Source of the DNA: a virus
Lineage: Duplodnaviria > Heunggongvirae > Uroviricota > Caudoviricetes
IMG/VR virus record: IMGVR_UViG_3300042314_001251
Location: 1 to 31,579 of that record
Direction: 5' to 3' (one strand)
Length of the DNA: 31,579 bases
Shown here: positions 1 through 7,403 of the stretch, piece by piece
How the letters are laid out: each line of letters starts with the position of its first letter
Position numbering within the stretch: position 1 is the first letter of the stretch
Translations under genes and position numbers: made by a program
The notes under the pieces: model-generated
What the model saw: only the letters and a program-made list of their open reading frames with translations
Database searches by the model: none
Told to the model about the DNA's origin: nothing

Positions 1-24
1 CAAAGATAATAAGAGTTAAAATAG

Positions 25-54
25 TTTATTCTTAGTTATTTTTTTGGTATAATT
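25..54 (+). promoter_or_regulatory. sigma70-type promoter candidate (TTTATT-N17-TATAATT, extended -10 TGn)
   Basis: TTTATT 25-30, 17-nt spacer, TATAAT 48-53 preceded by TGG. Same architecture recurs at 2209-2238 and 9354-9383. Confidence 0.5.
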
Positions 55-59
55 GTTTT

Positions 60-626
60 ATGAACATCATTAAAATTACAACAGACGATATAGATTTGGT
101 TAAACCATATATGAACGATATCATGTCTTTTGATAATGGTTTGATTGAGATAATTGTTGGTTGGGATTTAGCTAAATCTAAGGGTGCTTCTATTTTAAAT
201 CATATAATTAATGATACTACTTACTGGACTTTTTCACCTAGAGAAAAGAGAAAAATTTTTGAAGAACATTTAAAAACTTTTTTAGAAGATTCACTAGAAA
301 ATATGACTAGTAAAATCAAAATAAATAATTTAAATCCATTAGATTTTAATACGGAAAAGGATTATTTAAATTATGTAAAAGAGAACGTTGCGGGATGTGA
401 CGGATATTTATATTCGAATAGACTTTATATTTATTGTGGTAAAACAATTCATCACATAGATATGGGTCTTTTGTCTTTTATTTCTTGGGATTTAAAGGAT
501 AAAATTACAGAATTAATAACATTAAAAAAATACGAAGAATTACCTAAAAATTTAGGTAAAATCGATATAAAATATATCCCGTACTTAAATGCAAAAGAAG
601 ATATTATTAGTCGCGACATTTATTAA
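60..626 (+). CDS. hypothetical phage protein (188 aa)
   Basis: Open ORF in same orientation as all neighbours. No recognisable catalytic motif. Overlaps next gene by 38 nt. Confidence 0.7.
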   Translation: MNIIKITTDDIDLVKPYMNDIMSFDNGLIEIIVGWDLAKSKGASILNHIINDTTYWTFSPREKRKIFEEHLKTFLEDSLENMTSKIKINNLNPLDFNTEKDYLNYVKENVAGCDGYLYSNRLYIYCGKTIHHIDMGLLSFISWDLKDKITELITLKKYEELPKNLGKIDIKYIPYLNAKEDIISRDIY

Positions 627-993
627 TTCGTCATCTCTAGATAAATTCCTATATAAAATATACAAATCCTTTGGTGTTAAAAAAAATTCAGTTTTTGTTT
701 TTGAAACAGACACAGAAGATTTATTATTAACTTATAAAATATTTTTAGAATTCGACCAAAAAATAGACATTAGAAAAGAATTACCTAAGACAATACAAAT
801 ACATAAAAAAGGTACAACATTTTTTACCATAAATGCTCTAAATAAATTAATCGAAAAAGAATTCAACCTAAATTCCGGCAATGTAAACTATTCTGAATAT
901 AATTTAGAATGGTCAAAATACGAAAACTCTATTATTTTAATTAAAAATAATGAATTAGATATTTTACAACTAAAGAAGAAGATTACTGAATAA
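589..993 (+). CDS. hypothetical phage protein (134 aa)
   Basis: Full ORF with typical AT-rich codon usage. Contains IHKKGTTFFTINALN segment. Function not recognisable. Confidence 0.7.
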   Translation: MQKKILLVATFINSSSLDKFLYKIYKSFGVKKNSVFVFETDTEDLLLTYKIFLEFDQKIDIRKELPKTIQIHKKGTTFFTINALNKLIEKEFNLNSGNVNYSEYNLEWSKYENSIILIKNNELDILQLKKKITE

Positions 994-997
994 GAGC

Positions 998-1007
998 ATA
1001 TTTATAA
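998..1007 (+). promoter_or_regulatory. candidate phage late-promoter motif ATATTTATAA
   Basis: Identical 10-mer also at 9386-9395 and 29463-29472, each intergenic and 10-13 nt before a start codon. Confidence 0.55.
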
Positions 1008-1019
1008 GAAAAAAGGGTT

Positions 1020-1208
1020 ATGGAAGATAATAGAAAAAAAGAAAAACAACTTCAGGATAAACTGAATAACTTCCTAAAGAATAATGATAATGATTGTGAC
1101 GGTGAGGAATGTTTAATTAAAGACCCACAAGAAATAGTTCAAAGAGAACAGAAAAAAATTATCACTAATGATGGAAGACAATTACTTAGTGAATATACAA
1201 GATATTAA
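1020..1208 (+). CDS. small hypothetical protein (62 aa) with CDGEEC motif
   Basis: ORF fills the gap between neighbours and follows the ATATTTATAA motif. Has a C-x4-C pair. Confidence 0.65.
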   Translation: MEDNRKKEKQLQDKLNNFLKNNDNDCDGEECLIKDPQEIVQREQKKIITNDGRQLLSEYTRY

Positions 1209-1211
1209 GAA

Positions 1212-2156
1212 ATGGCAAAAACTAAAATCAACGAAGACTTAGAAAGGTTTAAAAAACTTTTTGGTTACAACCCGTCTAAGGGTAACGAATTAAATGAAGT
1301 TAGAAGACACACATATTCTATAAATGAATATGGTGATTATGCTGATGACGATGAAGAAGGTACTGATACTGAAGAAGATGCTGGTACTGAAGAAGAAAAC
1401 ACTGATTTTGATTTTGGTGATGAAGGCAATCCTGAAGATACCGAAGGGACTGATGATTTTGGTACGGAAGAACCAACTGAAGAACCTGAAGAAGAAACTG
1501 ATGAGTTTGGTACCGCAGATGAATTTAGTGCTGTTGATGAATTAGAAGATGAAGATTCTGATGTTGAAGAAGTAGATGTTACAGACATCATCAAAAAATC
1601 TGACGAAGCAACAGAATTTGCTAGACAAGCTTTAACTGTTGGACAAGAGAATGGTCAGTTCTTACAATCTTTAACTGATAAACTATCTAATCTTGAGTCA
1701 CAAATAATGAAGATGGACACAATAGCTTCTAAAATTTCTAAATTGGAACAAGATATTAAAACTCCTGAAGAAAAGTTAGAACTTCGTTCATTAGATAGTT
1801 ATCCATTTAATTTGAAACTTACTGACTATTGGTCAGAAAAGGCGGCACAAAATAAACATTATGATATTTCTGGTGGTGAATCAAATGTTAATGGTAAAGA
1901 AGTTGAATATAAATTAACACCAGAAGATATTGACGATTTTGATGATGTGAATGTTAAAAATTCTTTTGTACCTGAATCTTACAATCGAAAAAAAAGAGTT
2001 TTAAAAGAAGGTGAAGAAGAACAAAATATTGCTAAAAGTAAAATTGAATCAATTTTCAGGAATTTATCAAAAGAAGATAAAGAAGAAGTTATAAAATCAC
2101 TGTCTCGTAAAGAAATTACTAGAGATGAGGTTTTGAAAAATTTTAAAAAAAAGTAA
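1212..2156 (+). CDS. acidic low-complexity protein, putative prohead core/internal head protein (314 aa)
   Basis: Long D/E-rich tract with repeated (D/E)FG, then a coiled-coil segment (LQSLTDKLSNLESQIMKMDTIASKISKLEQDIK) and SLDSYPFNLKLTDYW. Several [I/L]-x-E sites. Function inferred. Confidence 0.55.
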   Translation: MAKTKINEDLERFKKLFGYNPSKGNELNEVRRHTYSINEYGDYADDDEEGTDTEEDAGTEEENTDFDFGDEGNPEDTEGTDDFGTEEPTEEPEEETDEFGTADEFSAVDELEDEDSDVEEVDVTDIIKKSDEATEFARQALTVGQENGQFLQSLTDKLSNLESQIMKMDTIASKISKLEQDIKTPEEKLELRSLDSYPFNLKLTDYWSEKAAQNKHYDISGGESNVNGKEVEYKLTPEDIDDFDDVNVKNSFVPESYNRKKRVLKEGEEEQNIAKSKIESIFRNLSKEDKEEVIKSLSRKEITRDEVLKNFKKK

Positions 2157-2179
2157 TAAAATAAAAAAAAGTAATAAAA
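2144..2179 (+). repeat. perfect 18-bp tandem duplication TAAAAAAAAGTAATAAAA x2
   Basis: 2144-2161 and 2162-2179 are identical. The first copy contains the stop codon of the 314-aa ORF. Confidence 0.8.
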
Positions 2180-2180
2180 T

Positions 2181-2207
2181 AAAAGAGGTTTAAAAGACCT
2201 CTTTTTT
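2181..2207 (+). terminator. intrinsic (rho-independent) terminator
   Basis: Stem AAAAGAGGT (2181-2189) / ACCTCTTTT (2197-2205), 7-nt loop, run of T. A-tract on the 5' side suggests bidirectional use. Confidence 0.8.
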
Positions 2208-2208
2208 G

Positions 2209-2238
2209 TTTACTAATGGTAATGTTTTACCTATAATT
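2209..2238 (+). promoter_or_regulatory. sigma70-type promoter upstream of the replication module
   Basis: TTTACT 2209-2214, 17-nt spacer, TATAAT 2232-2237, directly after a terminator and 43 nt before the SSB start. Confidence 0.65.
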
Positions 2239-2280
2239 AACACATAACATAATTTATTAATTAACTAAAAAAAAAGTAAC

Positions 2281-3165
2281 ATGGGTGTACTAGACGCAAT
2301 TGCGAAACAGTATGAAAAAAACAAAACTGGAAACAGTGGAGGGAGTACTTCATACGAACAAGACTTCAGTAAATATTTTGCTGTTAGACTTGAAGACGGA
2401 CATGATAGTGGAGAGTCTACTATCAGAATTATGCCACCTAAGAATGGTGTTCATCCCGTTAATAAAGACGGTGATACTCCTTTTGATGAAGGGCATTGGC
2501 ACAGTGTTAAAGTCGGTGGTAAGTGGAGAAAAATCTACTGTAGAAAACACAACGACGGAGAACAATGTCCACTTTGTGATGTTTCTGATGATTTGTTTAA
2601 ATCATGGAAAGAAACTGGTAACAAAACAGACAAAGAGTTGGCAACTCAGTATTCAGCTAAAAAATTCTATTTAGCTAGAATCATTGATAGAGCTAACGAA
2701 AAAGATGGGATTAAATTTTGGAGATTCCCACACAACTACAAAGGTGAAGGTGCCTTAGATAAAATCATCCCTCTTTTCACTAAGAAAGGTGATATTACTG
2801 ACCCTAGAGAAGGTAGAGATTTAACTATTATTATCGGTAAAGATAATAAAGGTTATGCTAAGATTACTTCTATTATGTCAGAGGACCCATCAGTATTGAC
2901 TGACCCCAAATCTCCAAACGCTAAAGAATGGATGGGTGATACATTGACATGGAAAGAGATTTATAAAGCTCAACCATTGGATTATGTACAACTTATTGCA
3001 GATGGTGAAACACCTATGTGGGATAAAAATCTTGAGAAGTTTATCGCTAAAGGTGATGACAGTGAAACTGAATCTTCTTTCAAGACACAACCATCAGCAC
3101 CAGTACAAAAAGCAAAAACATCATCAGCTAAAGATGATGATTACGATGAAGAAGAACCGTTTTAA
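2281..3165 (+). CDS. gp32: T4 gp32-like single-stranded DNA-binding protein
   Basis: WHSVKVGGKWRKIYCRKHNDGEQCPLC matches the gp32 Zn site pattern (H...GKW...C...CPxC). Also IRIMP, GRDLTI, acidic C-tail, and position next to a recombinase. Confidence 0.85.
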   Translation: MGVLDAIAKQYEKNKTGNSGGSTSYEQDFSKYFAVRLEDGHDSGESTIRIMPPKNGVHPVNKDGDTPFDEGHWHSVKVGGKWRKIYCRKHNDGEQCPLCDVSDDLFKSWKETGNKTDKELATQYSAKKFYLARIIDRANEKDGIKFWRFPHNYKGEGALDKIIPLFTKKGDITDPREGRDLTIIIGKDNKGYAKITSIMSEDPSVLTDPKSPNAKEWMGDTLTWKEIYKAQPLDYVQLIADGETPMWDKNLEKFIAKGDDSETESSFKTQPSAPVQKAKTSSAKDDDYDEEEPF

Positions 3166-3175
3166 TTAAATTTAC

Positions 3176-4234
3176 ATGGCTAAGAAAACAATATCAAAAA
3201 AAGAGTTTTCTTTGGATTCTATTTCAGATAGATTCTCATCGAAAACCAAATATAAACCCGATACTTTTATCGATTTAGGTAAAGTGTTCCAACAAGCGAC
3301 AGGAGTTCCTGGTCCCGCTATTGGACACTTAAATGTATTCTTAGGACATTCTGATACAGGTAAGACCACGGCACTCATTAAGAGTGCCATTTGGTGTCAG
3401 AAGAACGGAATTTTACCAATCTTTATTATCACTGAAAAGAAATGGAGTTTTAAACACGCCCAATTGATGGGGTTTGATTGTACTGAGACTGCACCAGGTG
3501 ATTGGGGTGGGTTCTTTATTTTTAAAGATGACTTTGAATATATCGAACAAATTACTGATTACATGAATGAAATTCTTGAAGCTCAAGCTAAAGAGAAATG
3601 GGAAAAAGATGGTAAACCATTAGACATTTGTTTCTTTTGGGATTCAGTTGGTTCTATTCCATGTAAGATGACTTTTGACGGTAAGGGTGGTAAGATGCAT
3701 AACGCTTCAGTATTAGCTGATAAAATCGGTATGGGTCTTAATGGTAGAATTACGGGTTCTAGAAAAGAAACTAGTATGCATACTAACACTTTAGTCATTG
3801 TTAACCAGCCTTGGGTAGAGTTACCTGATTCACCAATGGGTCAACCAAGAATTAAAATGAAAGGTGGTGAAGCTATTTATCTTAACAGTACTCTAATTTT
3901 CTTGTTCGGTAGTCAAAAAAATGCTGGAACAAACAAATTGAAAGCTACTAAAAACGGTAGAAGTATTAATTACGGAACTCGTTCCAAAATTTCAATCCTT
4001 AAAAATCACGTTAATGGAATTGGGTATCAGGATGGTAAAGTAATTGTAACACCTCATGATTTTATTGAGGATACTAAAGAGGCAGAAAAAGACTACAAAG
4101 ATGAACACGCTGATTATTGGATTAGCATGTTTATTAAAAGTGGACTTGGAGAAGTTGATGAAAACGATTTGGATTTTGCTATTGAAGAATCTGAAAACGA
4201 TTTTGAAAACGAAGAAATTGACGGACTTATTTAA
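3176..4234 (+). CDS. uvsX: RecA/UvsX-family recombinase
   Basis: Walker A GHSDTGKTT, Walker B FFWDSVGS, VNQPW, MKGGEA, KNHV strand, acidic C-terminus. Confidence 0.9.
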   Translation: MAKKTISKKEFSLDSISDRFSSKTKYKPDTFIDLGKVFQQATGVPGPAIGHLNVFLGHSDTGKTTALIKSAIWCQKNGILPIFIITEKKWSFKHAQLMGFDCTETAPGDWGGFFIFKDDFEYIEQITDYMNEILEAQAKEKWEKDGKPLDICFFWDSVGSIPCKMTFDGKGGKMHNASVLADKIGMGLNGRITGSRKETSMHTNTLVIVNQPWVELPDSPMGQPRIKMKGGEAIYLNSTLIFLFGSQKNAGTNKLKATKNGRSINYGTRSKISILKNHVNGIGYQDGKVIVTPHDFIEDTKEAEKDYKDEHADYWISMFIKSGLGEVDENDLDFAIEESENDFENEEIDGLI

Positions 4235-4246
4235 AGAATACCAAAG

Positions 4247-4495
4247 ATGAAAATTAATTATAATGTATTGAAAGTACTTAACGAACAAGCTTTGACATCA
4301 TCAGGTGACCAAATGACTTGTTTTTGGACAATCCAAAGTGGAGTTGAAAAATTACTACATGGGGAAACAATTACTGATATGCAAAAAAAATTATTATTTG
4401 AGGTAGGTGTTCTTGAAGAATCCGAAGATGAATTAAATAGAAGAAATATTGTAGGACCTTTTAAATTCTCGGAAGATGGGTCTACGAACTCCTAA
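4247..4495 (+). CDS. hypothetical protein (82 aa)
   Basis: ORF fills the space between recombinase and exonuclease and overlaps the latter by 20 nt. Confidence 0.6.
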   Translation: MKINYNVLKVLNEQALTSSGDQMTCFWTIQSGVEKLLHGETITDMQKKLLFEVGVLEESEDELNRRNIVGPFKFSEDGSTNS

Positions 4496-5504
4496 GAGTA
4501 AACCTAAAAAAACAAAAACACTAATTGTCGATGGTAACGTTCTTATGAAACGTTCTTATAACGGAGCTAAGAACGTTTACCATAAAGACAAACACATTGG
4601 TGGTATATCTGCTTTTTATAGTACTTTACGAAAATTAATCTCTGAACATAAGATTGATAAAGCTGTAATCACTTGGGACGGTGAAAGAGGTGGTACTTTG
4701 CGTTTAGATTATTATCCTGAATACAAAGAAAACAGACCTAGATTTTTTGACCAAGATTACGAAATCCAAAAACTCAGAGTTAAACAATACGCTGAGGACC
4801 TTTTCATTAGACAATATGAACATCCCGATGTTGAATCAGATGATTTAATAGCTTTCTATTGCCAAAACAGAAAGAAGATGGAGGAGGTTATGATTTACAC
4901 TAATGATAGAGACCTTTGCCAATTGATTAATGAAAACGTTACAATATTCTTAGCAGATAAAAGAATGGAGGTTGGTATAGGTAATTACCAATGGTTCTTT
5001 GAACACCATTATTCAAATGCTGGGTTAATAAAGATGATTGAGGGATGTAAAAGTGATAACGTTAAGGGTATTGATGGTGTAACTGAAAATACACTCTTAA
5101 CACACTTCCCACAACTAAAAGAACGTAACGTAACATTAGAAGAAATATTCGAATCAAGTAAACTTATACAAGAAGAAAGAACGACACCACTAAAAGCATT
5201 AGATAACATCTTAAACGGTGTATCTAGAGGAGTCCATAAAGGACCATTCTATGAAATAAATAAAAAAATAATTGATTTAAATAACCCTTTATTACCTGAA
5301 GAGGCTAGAGAATCAATTAGAAATTTAGTAGAATTACCATTAGACCCCGAAGGTAGAGATTACAAAAACGTTTTAAAAATGATGATAGAAGACGGAGTAA
5401 TGTATGTAATACCTGGAGGTGAAAACGGTTACCTAAATTTCATGGAACCATTTATTAATTTATTAAAAAAAGAAAAGTTAAACTTTAAAAACCAAAAAAA
5501 ATGA
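4476..5504 (+). CDS. rnh: 5'-3' exonuclease / flap endonuclease (T4 RNase H, PolI N-terminal domain family)
   Basis: LIVDGN, YPEYKENR, VESDDLIA, TNDRDLCQL and helix-3-turn-helix SDNVKGIDGV motifs. Confidence 0.9.
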   Translation: MGLRTPKSKPKKTKTLIVDGNVLMKRSYNGAKNVYHKDKHIGGISAFYSTLRKLISEHKIDKAVITWDGERGGTLRLDYYPEYKENRPRFFDQDYEIQKLRVKQYAEDLFIRQYEHPDVESDDLIAFYCQNRKKMEEVMIYTNDRDLCQLINENVTIFLADKRMEVGIGNYQWFFEHHYSNAGLIKMIEGCKSDNVKGIDGVTENTLLTHFPQLKERNVTLEEIFESSKLIQEERTTPLKALDNILNGVSRGVHKGPFYEINKKIIDLNNPLLPEEARESIRNLVELPLDPEGRDYKNVLKMMIEDGVMYVIPGGENGYLNFMEPFINLLKKEKLNFKNQKK

Positions 5505-5938
5505 AAAAATTTGAATTTGTATTGTACATTAATGGGAACATTATCTGTCAAAGATTTTTCGCAATCAAAAATTTTAATAACAAAATTTTAAATTCTTTAG
5601 AATTAACTGATTGTGTAAATGATTGTGTAAAACTTATTGAGGACGACCTCAAAGAAAAAACCTATGAATACTTGTACAAAAATTACAACCCTTACAAAGA
5701 ACAAACCAAAGAAGAAATCCTAGTTGAAAACATTTATGATAATGAAGACATTTTTGATTTTGAAATTAAGATTGATGAGAAATGTGTGGTTAAAAAGAGG
5801 TTCTCTGGTAACGTTTATCCACAACGTGTAAGATACTCTGTGGATGTTCGTAAAATTATTCCTGCCTTAATCAAAGAAATACAAGAAGTATTTTCTTTAG
5901 AAAATTTTAGTGTGGAATATAGTGGAATTGCACTGTAA
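5501..5938 (+). CDS. hypothetical protein (145 aa) in replication module
   Basis: ATGA overlap with the exonuclease stop. No recognisable motif. Confidence 0.7.
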   Translation: MKKFEFVLYINGNIICQRFFAIKNFNNKILNSLELTDCVNDCVKLIEDDLKEKTYEYLYKNYNPYKEQTKEEILVENIYDNEDIFDFEIKIDEKCVVKKRFSGNVYPQRVRYSVDVRKIIPALIKEIQEVFSLENFSVEYSGIAL

Positions 5939-5958
5939 ATATATACTTATTATTATAA

Positions 5959-7374
5959 ATGTTGGGTATGAGTAAAGAAGTTACATTAGGTTATTTAGGA
6001 TATAAGTTTCAAACAGAGTTTATTAATCAAATTCTACATCCAGCAAATAAAAAATTCTCAGATAGAATTATCGATATTGTTCACGCGAAATATTTTGATA
6101 ATGAGTATTTCAGGTTGATTATTGCCACAATAAAAGATTATTTTGAAAGATTTGAAAAAGTTCCTGCTTGGGATACATTAGAAACTATTCTAAAAGTAGA
6201 AATTAAGGATAAGATAACCCAAGATTATGTGTTTGAAATCACAAAAGAAATAAGAAATCTAGGTGTTGAGGATTGGGAATTTGTTCAGGATAAAGCCTTA
6301 AATTTCTGTAGACAACAAGAACTTAAAAAAGCCAACGATAAGATATCAAAAATTATTGATGACGGTGATTTTGATAAGTATGAAGAGTGTGCAGATATAA
6401 TGAAAGAAGCTCTTTCCATCGGAGCTGAAAAAGATGATGGGACATCAATTACCGAAGGTTGGGATACAGTGTTACAAGAGGATTTTAGACATCCAGTTCC
6501 TACGGGAATAAGTGGTATCGACGAATTAACTGACGGTGGTTTATCACGGGGAGAATTAGGGGTTATTCTAGCACCTTATGGTGTTGGTAAAACAACAATT
6601 CTAACCAAAATAGCAAATACCGCATATAATGTGGGGTATAATGTTTTACAAATTGTTTTTGAAGACATACCTGATGTTATCAAAAGAAAACATGCCGCTT
6701 GTTGGAGTGGGATAGAACTTAACTCTCTATCTGACGAAGAAGAAAGAGTCATGGAAGTAATTAAAGAAAGAACAAATGGTAAAGAAAACGATTTAGTTAT
6801 TCGAAAGTTTTCGTCTGAAGGAGTTACGGTTAATCACCTTAAAACCTACGTAAGACATTTAATTTCAGTTGGGTTTAAACCTGACATGATTGTATTAGAT
6901 TACATTGACTGTGTTGAATCGGCAAGAAGATATAACGATGAATGGTCAGGTGAGGGTAACGTCATGAGAGGTTTTGAATCCATGTTAGCTGAATATGGTA
7001 TGGTGGGATGGACAGCGGTTCAAGGTAACAGGGCGTCAATCTCAGCTGATGTAGTAACAGGGGACCAAATGGGTGGGTCAATTAAAAAGGCTCAGATTGG
7101 TCACTTTATAATGTCTATCGCAAGAACTCTAACACAAAAAGAAAACAATAGAGCAACGATAGCGGTTTTAAAATCTAGATTCGGTAAAGATGGTGTTATC
7201 TTTGAGGATTGTACGTTTGATAATGGTCGAGTATTCATTGATACAGAAACTTCAGACACTTTCTTAGGTTATGAGAGAAAGGTTGAGGAAAGAAAAGATG
7301 AGAATGTTCGTGAAAGATTGAAGATGGCAAAACTCAGAAAAAAACAAAAAGATACTGAAGAAAGTATTAATTAA
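5959..7374 (+). CDS. dnaB: DnaB/gp41-like replicative helicase
   Basis: GGLSRGELGVILAPYGVGKTT Walker A, MIVLDYIDC Walker B, WTAVQGNR, KSRFG arginine finger. True start may be the second ATG at 5968. Confidence 0.9.
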   Translation: MLGMSKEVTLGYLGYKFQTEFINQILHPANKKFSDRIIDIVHAKYFDNEYFRLIIATIKDYFERFEKVPAWDTLETILKVEIKDKITQDYVFEITKEIRNLGVEDWEFVQDKALNFCRQQELKKANDKISKIIDDGDFDKYEECADIMKEALSIGAEKDDGTSITEGWDTVLQEDFRHPVPTGISGIDELTDGGLSRGELGVILAPYGVGKTTILTKIANTAYNVGYNVLQIVFEDIPDVIKRKHAACWSGIELNSLSDEEERVMEVIKERTNGKENDLVIRKFSSEGVTVNHLKTYVRHLISVGFKPDMIVLDYIDCVESARRYNDEWSGEGNVMRGFESMLAEYGMVGWTAVQGNRASISADVVTGDQMGGSIKKAQIGHFIMSIARTLTQKENNRATIAVLKSRFGKDGVIFEDCTFDNGRVFIDTETSDTFLGYERKVEERKDENVRERLKMAKLRKKQKDTEESIN

Positions 7375-7403
7375 TAATTAAAAGTTTATAAAAAATTTAA
7401 AAA

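Noticed and set aside
1337-1594. Minus-strand Ser-rich 85-aa ORF
   Set aside because: It is the antisense shadow of the GAA/GAT-rich acidic tract of the 314-aa gene, with no independent signals.
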